Below are positions 28,891 through 37,893 of a DNA stretch of 61,421 nt, piece after piece; the stretch's first letter is position 1, and each line of letters opens with the position of its first letter. Source of the DNA: Candidatus Omnitrophota bacterium (lineage in GTDB: Bacteria > Omnitrophota > Gorgyraeia > JABMRG01 > JAFGKX01). Position numbers and translations under genes: made by a program. Below the pieces are notes generated by a model that searched no databases, was not told the DNA's origin, and saw nothing but the letters and a program-made list of their open reading frames with translations. The stretch covers positions 1 to 61,421 of the forward strand of contig JAZDPX010000049.1 in the NCBI GenBank assembly GCA_043797125.1. Reading direction: 5' to 3'.

Positions 28891-30083
28891 AAGGATTAAA
28901 TATAGTGCGGACAATTGCAATAACGATTATATTTACGGTAGTTTTAGCTTCAGCAGCATTTTTTGCATATTATAAATTCTTTCCTAAAGAAGCCGCAGTT
29001 TTTCAAAAAGCAGAGCCATTCTTCGTGAAAGGTACAGCAAAAATAAAAAGTAAACAAGAATCACAATGGCGCGATATAGCAAAGGATACGATTATACGGG
29101 ATGGTGATACCATAACTACTCTTAAAAACGCAAACATAGAGATTAAGTTCGGCCAGAGCCAGGAAAATTATTTGCTTGCCGCTGCCAATACCACTGTTGA
29201 GATTAAGAGGCTTGATAAAAAAGGTAATAAGAAAGTCTTTCTTAGGCAGGGCAAGACCGTTGCGTTGGTAAAAAAGCTCGATGAGAAATCTACGTTTGAG
29301 TTAAGGACGCCGCAGGCGATATGCGGTGTTTTAGGTACAGGCTTTGATGCTGAGACAACAGAAAACATAACAGTTATTAGGGTATATGAAGGCCAAGTAT
29401 ATATAAAAGGTATCAACAAATTAGGGTTTCCTATGCGCGAAGAAATGCCTATTGGAGCTGGCAAGAAGGTCAAGATAAGCAAAGATGAAGCAGAAAAACA
29501 GATATCTGATTTAACAGATGATGAAAAAAAGGCATGGGTCATGCTTAGAGACAGCATAGATGAGCATCTGTTTGTGGTATTTAATATTTATATCGACAAA
29601 GATGATCCGGGTAATCGCTATACCCCGTCAGGGTGGGTTGGAGATTACGATGCTATAAGAAGAGAGGAATCAAGCGAAAATCCTTATTCCGGCAGCACAT
29701 GCCTTAAATTTGTATATACCGGCAAAACCCCTCAAGGTGCCGGCTGGTCAGGCGTGTATTGGCAGAATCCGGTAAATAACTGGGGAGAAGTAGCAGGCGG
29801 TTATTACCTTAAGGGCGCGCGCAAACTGACATTCTGGGCCAGGGGCGAAAAAGGCGGTGAGATTATTAACAGGTTTGGTATTGGCGGCATTGGCGGCAAT
29901 TTCCCGGATTCGGCAACCAGAGAAATTGGGCCGGTTACGCTTACTAATACATGGCAGCAGTATGAAATAGACCTTAAGGGATTGGATTTGTCGTCTATCA
30001 GCGGCGGTTTTTACTGGATGACAGATAATCAATCCTGTCCTGACGGCGCAGTTTTTTATTTGGATGATATAAAGTACGAGTAA
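28887..30083 (+). CDS. FecR-domain membrane protein with C-terminal CBM-like domain
   Basis: TM anchor, FecR pattern (GD.I.T..FELRTP.A.CGVLGT.F..V.EG.V). C-terminal domain is paralogous to the upstream gene. Confidence 0.75.
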   Translation: MKGLNIVRTIAITIIFTVVLASAAFFAYYKFFPKEAAVFQKAEPFFVKGTAKIKSKQESQWRDIAKDTIIRDGDTITTLKNANIEIKFGQSQENYLLAAANTTVEIKRLDKKGNKKVFLRQGKTVALVKKLDEKSTFELRTPQAICGVLGTGFDAETTENITVIRVYEGQVYIKGINKLGFPMREEMPIGAGKKVKISKDEAEKQISDLTDDEKKAWVMLRDSIDEHLFVVFNIYIDKDDPGNRYTPSGWVGDYDAIRREESSENPYSGSTCLKFVYTGKTPQGAGWSGVYWQNPVNNWGEVAGGYYLKGARKLTFWARGEKGGEIINRFGIGGIGGNFPDSATREIGPVTLTNTWQQYEIDLKGLDLSSISGGFYWMTDNQSCPDGAVFYLDDIKYE

Positions 30084-30189
30084 CGCTTAAGTTTTATCGG
30101 GACTGCGTCCGGCTTAGCCGCAGTAGAATTTCAGAGTAGGTAAGCTTCGCCGAGACTGCGCCTAAGTGGGGAGAAAATAAAGATTTTGC

Positions 30190-30293
30190 TTGATTTTTTT
30201 TTGGGATATGGTAAAATTACTTCCTGTTACAATTAAATAGCCCACCGAGAGGGGCCTGTTGGTTTTTCTCTTTTGCCGATGGGCCCTTTTTTA
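30190..30293 (+). promoter_or_regulatory. Promoter followed by a terminator-like hairpin (short leader/attenuator candidate)
   Basis: TTGATT...TGGTAAAAT, then stem AGAGGGGCCTGTTGG/CCGATGGGCCCTTTT and a T-run. Confidence 0.45.
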
Positions 30294-30301
30294 ATGAATA
30301 C

Positions 30302-30337
30302 TTAAGTTATGTCAACCCCATGGTTGACATAACTTAA
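30302..30337. repeat. Perfect 16-bp inverted repeat
   Basis: TTAAGTTATGTCAACC-CCAT-GGTTGACATAACTTAA. Confidence 0.8.
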
Positions 30338-30373
30338 TCTCCTTCGAACTTCTTCTCTGAAGATATGAATTAA

Positions 30374-30411
30374 ATCCCGCACCAATTTTCGAAGAAAATT
30401 TGGTGCGGGAT
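30374..30411. repeat. CCCGCACC-family palindrome upstream of an RBS
   Basis: ATCCCGCACCAATTTTCGAAGAAAATTTGGTGCGGGAT. Confidence 0.7.
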
Positions 30412-30423
30412 ATGAGGATCCCC

Positions 30424-31875
30424 ATGCTACTCAAAAAAGACAAAGACATAATAGCCTCATACCTTGAAGATTACTCCAACTTAAAAGGCGGATTCGCGGA
30501 ATCCGTAGCTATTCCGGAAGCAGAAGCCGAGATAATTGAATTGCTGAAACAGTGCAGCCAAAGCAAGACCCCGGTTACAATATCCGGGGCAGGCACCGGC
30601 GTGGCAGGAGGTCGTATCCCTTTCGGCGGCGTTGCGCTTTCCATGGAGAAGTTCAATAAAGTAATATCAATCGGAAAAACAGCAACTGTCCAAGCCGGAG
30701 TCCTGCTGCAGGATTTCATGGATGAGGTTGAACGCAAAGGTTTTTTCTATCCGCCGGATCCTACGGAAAAAGATTCTTTTCTTGGCGCTAATGTCTCGAC
30801 AGGCGCTTCCGGAGCCAGGACATTTAAATTCGGGACCACAAGAGATTATGTAAAACGCCTGAGGATAGTGCTTTCAAGCGGCGAGATAGTGGATATAGAG
30901 CGCGGCAAGGTTTATGCTGGCAAAAACAATATCCTTAAAATACCTACAGCCTCTGGCAGGTTTGTCGAAATAGAGTTGCCAAGTTATAAAATGCCCGATA
31001 CAAAGAATGCTGCCGGTTATTATGTAAAGCCCGGCATGGATGCTGTAGATTTATTTATCGGGCAGGACGGAACCCTTGGAGTAATAACAGAGGTGAGTTT
31101 AAACCTATTGGATAAGCCGGAGTTGATTTTAGACTGTTACGCCTTTTTTAAAAAAGATGATGATTGTCTCGAATTCATTTATGAAGCCAAAAAAGGCATG
31201 GATGCGCTCTCTCTGGAATATTTCGACGAAAATGCTTTAAATTTGTTGCGCCCAAAACATCCTGAAATCCCCAAAGGCATTAAGGCAGCGTGTTTTTTTG
31301 AGCAGATTGCCGCAAAGGAAAATGAGGATGAATTGACAGCAAGTTGGGCCTGCCTTATGCAAAAACACAACGCTGATTTGGACAGTTCATGGTTTGTCCA
31401 GACAAAGAAGGATAGAGATAAGCTGCATAATTTTAGGCACGATGTCCCGGATAGCGTAAATGAGATTATTAAAAAGACTGACCGGATAAAAGTAGGCACG
31501 GATATCGCAGTGCCTGATGATAAATTAGCAGAAATGCTTACCTTTTATAAAAAAGAGCTTGCAAAATCCGGCATAGACTATTTAATTTTCGGCCATATCG
31601 GCAACAGCCATCTTCACGTAAACATGCTTCCAAAAGATAAATCAGAATACGAAAGGGCAAAACAGATTTATTTAGAGTTTGTAAAAAAAGCAATATCGTT
31701 AAAAGGGACAGTTTCCGCGGAGCATGGTATAGGCAAGGTAAAACACGGTTATCTTAAGCTTATGTACGGTGAAGAGGCAATAGCCCAAATGGTAAAGGTA
31801 AAGAAGGCCCTTGACCCGGCCTGCATATTAGGGCTCGATAATATTTTCCCCAAAGAGCTCTTATTGCAAAATTAA
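30424..31875 (+). CDS. FAD-linked oxidoreductase (GlcD/D-lactate dehydrogenase family)
   Basis: GAGTGVAGG, YPPDPT, G.DGTLGVITE, FGHIGNSHLH, SAEHGIG. Confidence 0.9.
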   Translation: MLLKKDKDIIASYLEDYSNLKGGFAESVAIPEAEAEIIELLKQCSQSKTPVTISGAGTGVAGGRIPFGGVALSMEKFNKVISIGKTATVQAGVLLQDFMDEVERKGFFYPPDPTEKDSFLGANVSTGASGARTFKFGTTRDYVKRLRIVLSSGEIVDIERGKVYAGKNNILKIPTASGRFVEIELPSYKMPDTKNAAGYYVKPGMDAVDLFIGQDGTLGVITEVSLNLLDKPELILDCYAFFKKDDDCLEFIYEAKKGMDALSLEYFDENALNLLRPKHPEIPKGIKAACFFEQIAAKENEDELTASWACLMQKHNADLDSSWFVQTKKDRDKLHNFRHDVPDSVNEIIKKTDRIKVGTDIAVPDDKLAEMLTFYKKELAKSGIDYLIFGHIGNSHLHVNMLPKDKSEYERAKQIYLEFVKKAISLKGTVSAEHGIGKVKHGYLKLMYGEEAIAQMVKVKKALDPACILGLDNIFPKELLLQN

Positions 31876-31946
31876 TCATTCGGTTGTAATAGCAAAGAAG
31901 TTGTGATATAGTAAATAATAAATCTTAATTAAAGGAGTGAAGCAAT

Positions 31947-32699
31947 ATGCCCGCTATTATTAATATAGACACGTTACCGCAGAAAACACGAAAGCAGGTT
32001 GCAAACTACGCGCAACAGCTTATAAAGCTGCACAGTGAGAATATTATATCAATTTTTATATACGGCAGCGCCGCGGGAACTAACTACGTACATGGAAAAT
32101 CAGATGTCAATATTGCTGTAATTTTAAAAGACCTTAAGTTTACCGATTTAAAAAAATCCTTGAAGCTCATAAATTGGGGAATACGTAAAAGAATAGCCGC
32201 GCCTTTGATTTTAACATTAAGGCATATTCAGACATCAACAGATATATTTCCTTTAGAATTTTTGGAAATGAAGGATAACAATTGTCTTTTATACGGGCAG
32301 GACCTGCTTAGCGAACTTCCGGTCAGCACAGCCAACATGAGACTTCAATGCGAACAAGAGCTTAAGGGTAAGCTTATAAGGATAAGGCAGGCGTATTTGG
32401 AAATAGGCTTAAAGAAAAAAGGCATAGAGGCCCTGTTAAAAGAGTCTCTAAGCTCGCTTTTCCCCGCATTTAGAGCGCTTTTGCGCTTAAAGACAAGGCA
32501 GATTCCATCTGTTGATAAAGAAAAGATAATTAAAGGTCTATCTGATAATTTTAGCATAGACTCAAGCGTTTTTTTTGCTATATTGCACGACAAAAAGAAC
32601 GACGAAAAGATACGCTCTAAAGATATCGAGCCTTTTTTTGAGGGATATATTAATGAAATTCAGAAGCTCGCAGTGGAAGTAGATAAACTGAGAGCCTAA
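31947..32699 (+). CDS. Nucleotidyltransferase-domain protein (TPM/LemA-associated)
   Basis: YGSAA...SDVN, DIFPLEF. Confidence 0.75.
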   Translation: MPAIINIDTLPQKTRKQVANYAQQLIKLHSENIISIFIYGSAAGTNYVHGKSDVNIAVILKDLKFTDLKKSLKLINWGIRKRIAAPLILTLRHIQTSTDIFPLEFLEMKDNNCLLYGQDLLSELPVSTANMRLQCEQELKGKLIRIRQAYLEIGLKKKGIEALLKESLSSLFPAFRALLRLKTRQIPSVDKEKIIKGLSDNFSIDSSVFFAILHDKKNDEKIRSKDIEPFFEGYINEIQKLAVEVDKLRA

Positions 32700-32705
32700 T
32701 GTCAA

Positions 32706-33497
32706 ATGACAAATATCAAAAGACTATTTCTAACAGCCATATTATTATTTGTAGCAACCCTGGCTTTTGCACGAGATGAAGTTAAGCTGCCTCAATACAA
32801 AGGCTATGTTAATGACTTTGCCAATGTTTTGAGTTCAGCTGACAGTCAGGCAATTGAATCTCTCGCGCGCGAGCTGGACACAAAGACAACAGCTCAGATT
32901 GCTGTCGTGACCGTACAAACGACAAAACCGCTTGAAATTGAACAATACGCTGTCAAGCTCTTTGAAAAATGGGGCATAGGCACAAAAGCAAAAGACAACG
33001 GCGTACTTTTATTAATGGCAGCTAATGACAAAGCAATAAGGATTGAAACAGGTTATGGCCTGGAAGGCGCTATTCCGGATGCATTGGCAAGCCAGATTAT
33101 ATATCAGGTTATAATGCCTAAGTTTAAAGACGGGAATTTAAGCAAGGGGCTGTTGTTGGGCGCTGCCGCAATTTGCCAACTTGTTGCCAAAGAATATAAT
33201 ACCCAGCTTTCCGGGCTATCTAACTATGCCGAAGACCTGGATGCGGCAACTACGAATAATGCAGTAGTGCTGTCTCGCTTTTTTATTACATTGTTATTTT
33301 TTATTCTTATTTTTGGGTTCAGGTCAGGTCTTTTATTTTATTTTCTATTTGGCAGCATGGGCAGAAGAAGAGGCGGTAAGTGGTATGGCACTGGTTACCA
33401 TGGCTCAGGAGGCGGTTTTGGCGGTGGTTTTGGAGGAGGCTTTGGTGGTTTTGGAGGGGGTATGTCCGGCGGCGGCGGAGCCAGCGGACACTGGTAA
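32706..33497 (+). CDS. TPM-domain protein (YgcG-like)
   Basis: VNDFANVL, IETGYGLEGAIPD, Gly-rich tail. Confidence 0.9.
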   Translation: MTNIKRLFLTAILLFVATLAFARDEVKLPQYKGYVNDFANVLSSADSQAIESLARELDTKTTAQIAVVTVQTTKPLEIEQYAVKLFEKWGIGTKAKDNGVLLLMAANDKAIRIETGYGLEGAIPDALASQIIYQVIMPKFKDGNLSKGLLLGAAAICQLVAKEYNTQLSGLSNYAEDLDAATTNNAVVLSRFFITLLFFILIFGFRSGLLFYFLFGSMGRRRGGKWYGTGYHGSGGGFGGGFGGGFGGFGGGMSGGGGASGHW

Positions 33498-33536
33498 AAA
33501 ACGTGTAAAGTGAAAAGTGTAAAGTTGGAGGAAAAT

Positions 33537-34103
33537 ATGAAAACTTGGATGATTGTATTAATTGTAATAGCTGTTATAATACTTATAGCGGGCGGATGGT
33601 TTATTAACGGCTTGAACACGGTTGTTGCTTTGCATGAAAATGTCTCAACTTTGTGGGCGCAGGTGGAAAACCAACTCCAAAGAAGAAACGACCTTGTGCC
33701 TAATTTGGTGAGCACGGTAAAAGGATACGCCGCGCATGAACAAGGGCTGTTTACCGAGGTAACCAGGCTTAGAAGCCAATGGAGCAACGCGCAGACCACC
33801 CAAGATAAAATAAGCGCTGCCGAAGGCCTTGGTTCTGCTATATCGAGGCTGCTTTTAGTTGTAGAAAATTACCCCGAGCTAAAGGCTAATCAGATTTTTT
33901 TAAGTTTACAGGCTCAACTAGAAGGCACGGAAAATAGAATTGTAGTTGAAAGAAACAGGTATAATGAGTCGGTAAGGCAGTTTAATACCTATATCAGGAC
34001 TGTTTTTGGCAGTTTTTTTGCCTCGGTAAGGGGGCTGAAAGAGCCTGCCGCATATTTTCAGGCAGACGCGGCAGCTAAGGCTGTTCCAAAGGTTGAATTT
34101 TAA
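33537..34103 (+). CDS. lemA: LemA family protein
   Basis: WAQVENQLQRR.DLVPNLV..VKGYA.HE, ENYPELKA, LEGTENRI. Confidence 0.93.
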   Translation: MKTWMIVLIVIAVIILIAGGWFINGLNTVVALHENVSTLWAQVENQLQRRNDLVPNLVSTVKGYAAHEQGLFTEVTRLRSQWSNAQTTQDKISAAEGLGSAISRLLLVVENYPELKANQIFLSLQAQLEGTENRIVVERNRYNESVRQFNTYIRTVFGSFFASVRGLKEPAAYFQADAAAKAVPKVEF

Positions 34104-34108
34104 TTAAG

Positions 34109-34128
34109 CCTGCCTACCGGCAGGCAGG
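34109..34128. repeat. 20-bp CCTGCC palindrome inside an RBS
   Basis: AAG|CCTGCCTACCGGCAGGCAGG|GAGAGG. Confidence 0.85.
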
Positions 34129-34140
34129 GAGAGGCTAAAT

Positions 34141-35451
34141 ATGAAAAAGCCGAAAATAACCTTAGATACAAAGAACATAGAGCCTTTTGTCAGTAAAAAG
34201 GAGATTGATTTAATTCTGCCTGAAATCGCAGTTGCAGATGAGAAGATAAAAAAAGGCACAGGATACGGCGCGGAGTTTTTAGGATGGCTTCATATAGGCA
34301 GCACAATAGGCGAGAAACTGATATCTGATATTGAAAACACCGCTGTGGATATTCGCCGCAATTCCGATATATTATTATGCATAGGCATAGGCGGCTCATA
34401 TCTTGGATCCAGGGCAGGTATAGAATTTTTATCGAAGCCTTTTCGTGACTGCTATAAAAACAAGGATCTTTCTGTGCATTTTTGCGGCAACAACTTGAGC
34501 TCAGATTATTTGGCAAGCCTGCTTGATATTATTGACACCGGAAAAAGTTTATATGTCAATGTAATATCAAAATCAGGCACAACTATTGAGCCTGCATTGG
34601 CGTTCAGGGTCGTGTACGATTTTATGAAAAAGCGCTACAGTAAAAAAGAGATTGCAAAACGAGTAATTTGTACAACAGATCAAAAAAAGGGAGCTTTAAA
34701 AAATCTGGCTATCAAGGAAAGATTTAAGACATTTGTTATACCTGATAATATCGGAGGGAGGTTTTCAGTCCTTAGCCCTGTCGGGCTTTTTCCTATGGCC
34801 TGCGCCGGCATAGATATAAAGGAACTGCTTAGCGGCGTTGCTGATTTTGAGAAATATGTTTTTGACTCTAGACCTGAAGAAAACATCGCTTATCAATACG
34901 CGGGTATCCGCAACCTCCTGTACAGGTCAGGCAAGCAGATTGAGATTTTGGCAGGCTTTCATCCGTCCCTGCATTATTTGCTTGAGTGGTGGAAACAATT
35001 ATTTGCAGAAAGCGAAGGCAAGGACTCAAAAGGCATTTTCCCGGCAATAGTTGATTTTACTCAAGACCTGCATTCGCTTGGCCAGCTGATACAACAGGGC
35101 GAGAGAAATATTTTTGAGACATTCATGGTTGTAAACAAATCATTCAGCCGGCTTGCAATTCCGCGCTTTAAAGACGATATAGACAATCTGAATTATATAG
35201 CAGGTAAAGACCTTGATTGGGTAAATACTCAAGCCTACCTTGGGACAATTGCCGCCCACATCGAAGGGGGCGTGCCTAATATGTCTATTCAAATACCTCA
35301 AAGATCAGCTTATTATTTGGGGCAGATATATTATTTCTTTGAAGTAGCTGTAGCTGTTTCCGGGTATCTTTTGAATATAAATCCGTTTGACCAGCCCGGA
35401 GTCGAGGCCTATAAGCAGAATATGTACAGGTTGCTGAAAAAACAGGTATGA
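34141..35451 (+). CDS. pgi: Glucose-6-phosphate isomerase
   Basis: GIGGSYLG, SKSGTT, GGRFSVL, QLFAESEGK, DLHSLGQ, NPFDQPGVE. Confidence 0.95.
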   Translation: MKKPKITLDTKNIEPFVSKKEIDLILPEIAVADEKIKKGTGYGAEFLGWLHIGSTIGEKLISDIENTAVDIRRNSDILLCIGIGGSYLGSRAGIEFLSKPFRDCYKNKDLSVHFCGNNLSSDYLASLLDIIDTGKSLYVNVISKSGTTIEPALAFRVVYDFMKKRYSKKEIAKRVICTTDQKKGALKNLAIKERFKTFVIPDNIGGRFSVLSPVGLFPMACAGIDIKELLSGVADFEKYVFDSRPEENIAYQYAGIRNLLYRSGKQIEILAGFHPSLHYLLEWWKQLFAESEGKDSKGIFPAIVDFTQDLHSLGQLIQQGERNIFETFMVVNKSFSRLAIPRFKDDIDNLNYIAGKDLDWVNTQAYLGTIAAHIEGGVPNMSIQIPQRSAYYLGQIYYFFEVAVAVSGYLLNINPFDQPGVEAYKQNMYRLLKKQV

Positions 35452-35459
35452 ATATAGAG

Positions 35460-35580
35460 ATAGAGTATCAGAGAATCAGAGTATCAGAACGAGAGTATTA
35501 GATTATCAGAGCATCAGATAAAATCTGATAATCTGATGCTCTGGTAATCCCGCTCTGATAATCTGATGATCCGATATTCT
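35460..35580. repeat. Inverted pair of octamer tandem arrays (ATCAGAGN / TCTGATAA)
   Basis: GAGTATCAGAGAATCAGAGTATCAGA...AATCTGATAATCTGATGCTCTG...TCTGATAATCTGATGATCCGAT. Confidence 0.8.
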
Positions 35581-35595
35581 TATTTGCTTAAGCCC

Positions 35596-36294
35596 ATGAA
35601 CTATTGCAACAATGCGGTTACTTTTCTCGTAGCCATTATGTTATGCATGGCTAACGAAACATATGCAATGCCTACAGACGGCCCCACAATGCCTGAAGAA
35701 GGAAAATTCAAAATTGGCGTGCAGTCAAACATGCTCTTTGAAAAACAGATGAAGCGGCCAAAAGGCGAAGTGGAAAGCGAACAGTATTTTAGCCTCCTTT
35801 CATATGCGCCTTCGGGTTGGTTCTGTCTGGATTTTAGGACAGGATGGGGCAGTATCAAGTTTAAGCCTGAAGGCAGCGATACTATAAATTATAACACTGC
35901 ATTTGCTGGAGGTTATGGTTTTAGGGCCAAGGTTATAGATGGCGCAAAATATATCCCAGATATATTATGGGGTTTTCAGCATATAAGTGTTCACCCTGAC
36001 CCGAGAAAGGTAAACGAAGTTAAGCATGAGATATGTATGGATGACTGGCAGGTTTCTGTAATATGCGCTAAAAAGTACTCTTTTTTTTATCCTTACGCAG
36101 CTGTCAAATATTCTAAGGCGGTGTTAACGCGCATAACCAGCCCGGAAAATGAAAGAAAAAGGTCAGGTTCGGTTGACAGGGTAGGGTTGGCCATAGGCTC
36201 TGATTTTTCACTTGGAGATCATATAGTAGTTAGTATAGAAGGCCGTTTGTTTGATGAACAGGCTCTAAACGCGAATTTAAGCTGGCGGTTTTAA
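35596..36294 (+). CDS. Outer-membrane beta-barrel protein
   Basis: Signal-like N-terminus, beta-strand pattern, C-terminal WRF. Start uncertain. Confidence 0.65.
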   Translation: MNYCNNAVTFLVAIMLCMANETYAMPTDGPTMPEEGKFKIGVQSNMLFEKQMKRPKGEVESEQYFSLLSYAPSGWFCLDFRTGWGSIKFKPEGSDTINYNTAFAGGYGFRAKVIDGAKYIPDILWGFQHISVHPDPRKVNEVKHEICMDDWQVSVICAKKYSFFYPYAAVKYSKAVLTRITSPENERKRSGSVDRVGLAIGSDFSLGDHIVVSIEGRLFDEQALNANLSWRF

Positions 36295-36414
36295 AAAAGC
36301 AATTTTTTCTTAAAATTTTTTTTGTTTCGAGTAGAAAAGGCTTGACATTTATTTTATTACTTGCTAAACTTAAAAGGATACTAAATAATAGTCAAGAGGA
36401 GGTGAAAAAAGAAT

Positions 36415-36774
36415 ATGCGTATTTCAAAGAGCTTAAAAGCTGCAATTACTGGTGTTTTAATACTATCTTTTATAGCGGTAGCTCTGCCGGCATTTGCTCA
36501 GGAAGGCAGTGTCATTGAGAAAATGGGTAAAAAACTTGGCAGAGGCTTGGTTAACGTCGCAACAGGATGGATTGAATTGCCAAAGAATATATATGACACA
36601 AGTGTTGAAACTAATAACCCGCTGATGGGAATAACATACGGCACGCTTAAAGGTGTTGGTATGACAGTAGTAAGGACCGGCGCTGGTGCATATGATATAG
36701 TAACGTTTTTGTTCCCGTTGCCAGAAGAGTATAAGCCAATACTTGAGCCTGAGTTTGTATTTGAGGAAAAGTAA
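36415..36774 (+). CDS. TIGR04073-like exported protein (paralog of 27116)
   Basis: KLGRGLVNVATGWIELPK...RTGAGAYDIVTF..P...EPEFV. Confidence 0.8.
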   Translation: MRISKSLKAAITGVLILSFIAVALPAFAQEGSVIEKMGKKLGRGLVNVATGWIELPKNIYDTSVETNNPLMGITYGTLKGVGMTVVRTGAGAYDIVTFLFPLPEEYKPILEPEFVFEEK

Positions 36775-36786
36775 ACCTCATTTTTG

Positions 36787-36831
36787 AAAGGCGAGCCCGG
36801 TTTATTTAAAAGATAAACCGCTCGCCTTTTT
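36787..36831 (+). terminator. Intrinsic terminator
   Basis: AAAGGCGAG...CTCGCCTTTTT. Confidence 0.7.
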
Positions 36832-36883
36832 AACTATTTTTATGACGCCGGGTATTTAAATAAATTATATTTGAGGTGTTTTT

Positions 36884-37237
36884 ATGAATAATACAAAAGA
36901 GCGTAGACGATATATACGAATGGAAGACCCCGTGCCCGTTACTGTCAGGTTTAAAACCGAAAATAGCATAGAGCAAATACAGACCAATTCCAAAAATATC
37001 AGCGCTACAGGAATGATGATTGAGATTGAAAAAGGCATACCTCTTGAAACTACGGTAGAAATAAGCCTTGCACCAAAAAAGACCCTCAACCCTATTCATA
37101 TAAACGCAAAAGTTGTCAGGTCTGAAAAGGACAAAGGCGAATCTTTGTATAATACGGGTCTTGAGTTTACAAAGATTGAAGAGGATAACAAAAATACCTT
37201 TTTAAAATTTTTGTGCGATACTATATATAAAATATAG
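36884..37237 (+). CDS. PilZ-domain protein
   Basis: ERRRYIR, NISATG. Confidence 0.88.
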   Translation: MNNTKERRRYIRMEDPVPVTVRFKTENSIEQIQTNSKNISATGMMIEIEKGIPLETTVEISLAPKKTLNPIHINAKVVRSEKDKGESLYNTGLEFTKIEEDNKNTFLKFLCDTIYKI

Positions 37238-37254
37238 CAATTGCTACTTACGTT

Positions 37255-37803
37255 ATGTTCTTTTTTTCTTCAACGATTATAAAAAGACTCGGCCTTTTAT
37301 TAGTTCTTGTTTTAATTTATCCTGCCTCCCTATTTTTATTCGATACTTTCCTTGCTATCAAAGAACAGGGGTTTATCTCTCCGATTAAAACAGAAGGCCA
37401 AATCCCAATAAGGGCGGATGTTTTCGGAGATGGATCTTTTGGGGCAAGACGCAGCAACGGGACAAGGCAGCATAAGGGAATAGATATAAAAGCGCCGGTA
37501 GGTGAGCCTGTTTTAGCGTCAAAGAGCGGAATTGCTGAAACAGGATGCGTCGAGGGTGGTATGGGCAAATATGTAAAGATCAGGCATCGTAATAATTACA
37601 TTACGGTGTATGGCCACCTAAGCGAGATATCCGTTAAAAATAATCGATGGGTCTGGCAGGGAGCCAAGATCGGCGAAGTTGGAAAGACAGGCAACGCCAA
37701 TTATAAACGAATGCAGGAGCACCTGCATTTTGAGATAAGGCACGAAAATAAGCAGTTGGACCCGCTCAATTTTCTGCAGAAAGAGAGGCAAGCGAAAAAT
37801 TAA
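37255..37803 (+). CDS. M23 family metallopeptidase
   Basis: HKGID, YGHL, HLHFE. Confidence 0.9.
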   Translation: MFFFSSTIIKRLGLLLVLVLIYPASLFLFDTFLAIKEQGFISPIKTEGQIPIRADVFGDGSFGARRSNGTRQHKGIDIKAPVGEPVLASKSGIAETGCVEGGMGKYVKIRHRNNYITVYGHLSEISVKNNRWVWQGAKIGEVGKTGNANYKRMQEHLHFEIRHENKQLDPLNFLQKERQAKN

Positions 37804-37864
37804 TCTGTTTTATAGTAGAAAATTTCACTTGCAAATATAAAAATCGAATGTATAATATAAAAAG

Positions 37865-37884
37865 CCTGCCTATCGGCGGGCAAG
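37865..37884. repeat. 20-bp CCTGCC palindrome inside an RBS
   Basis: AAAG|CCTGCCTATCGGCGGGCAAG|GAGG. Confidence 0.8.
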
Positions 37885-37893
37885 GAGGTAGTC

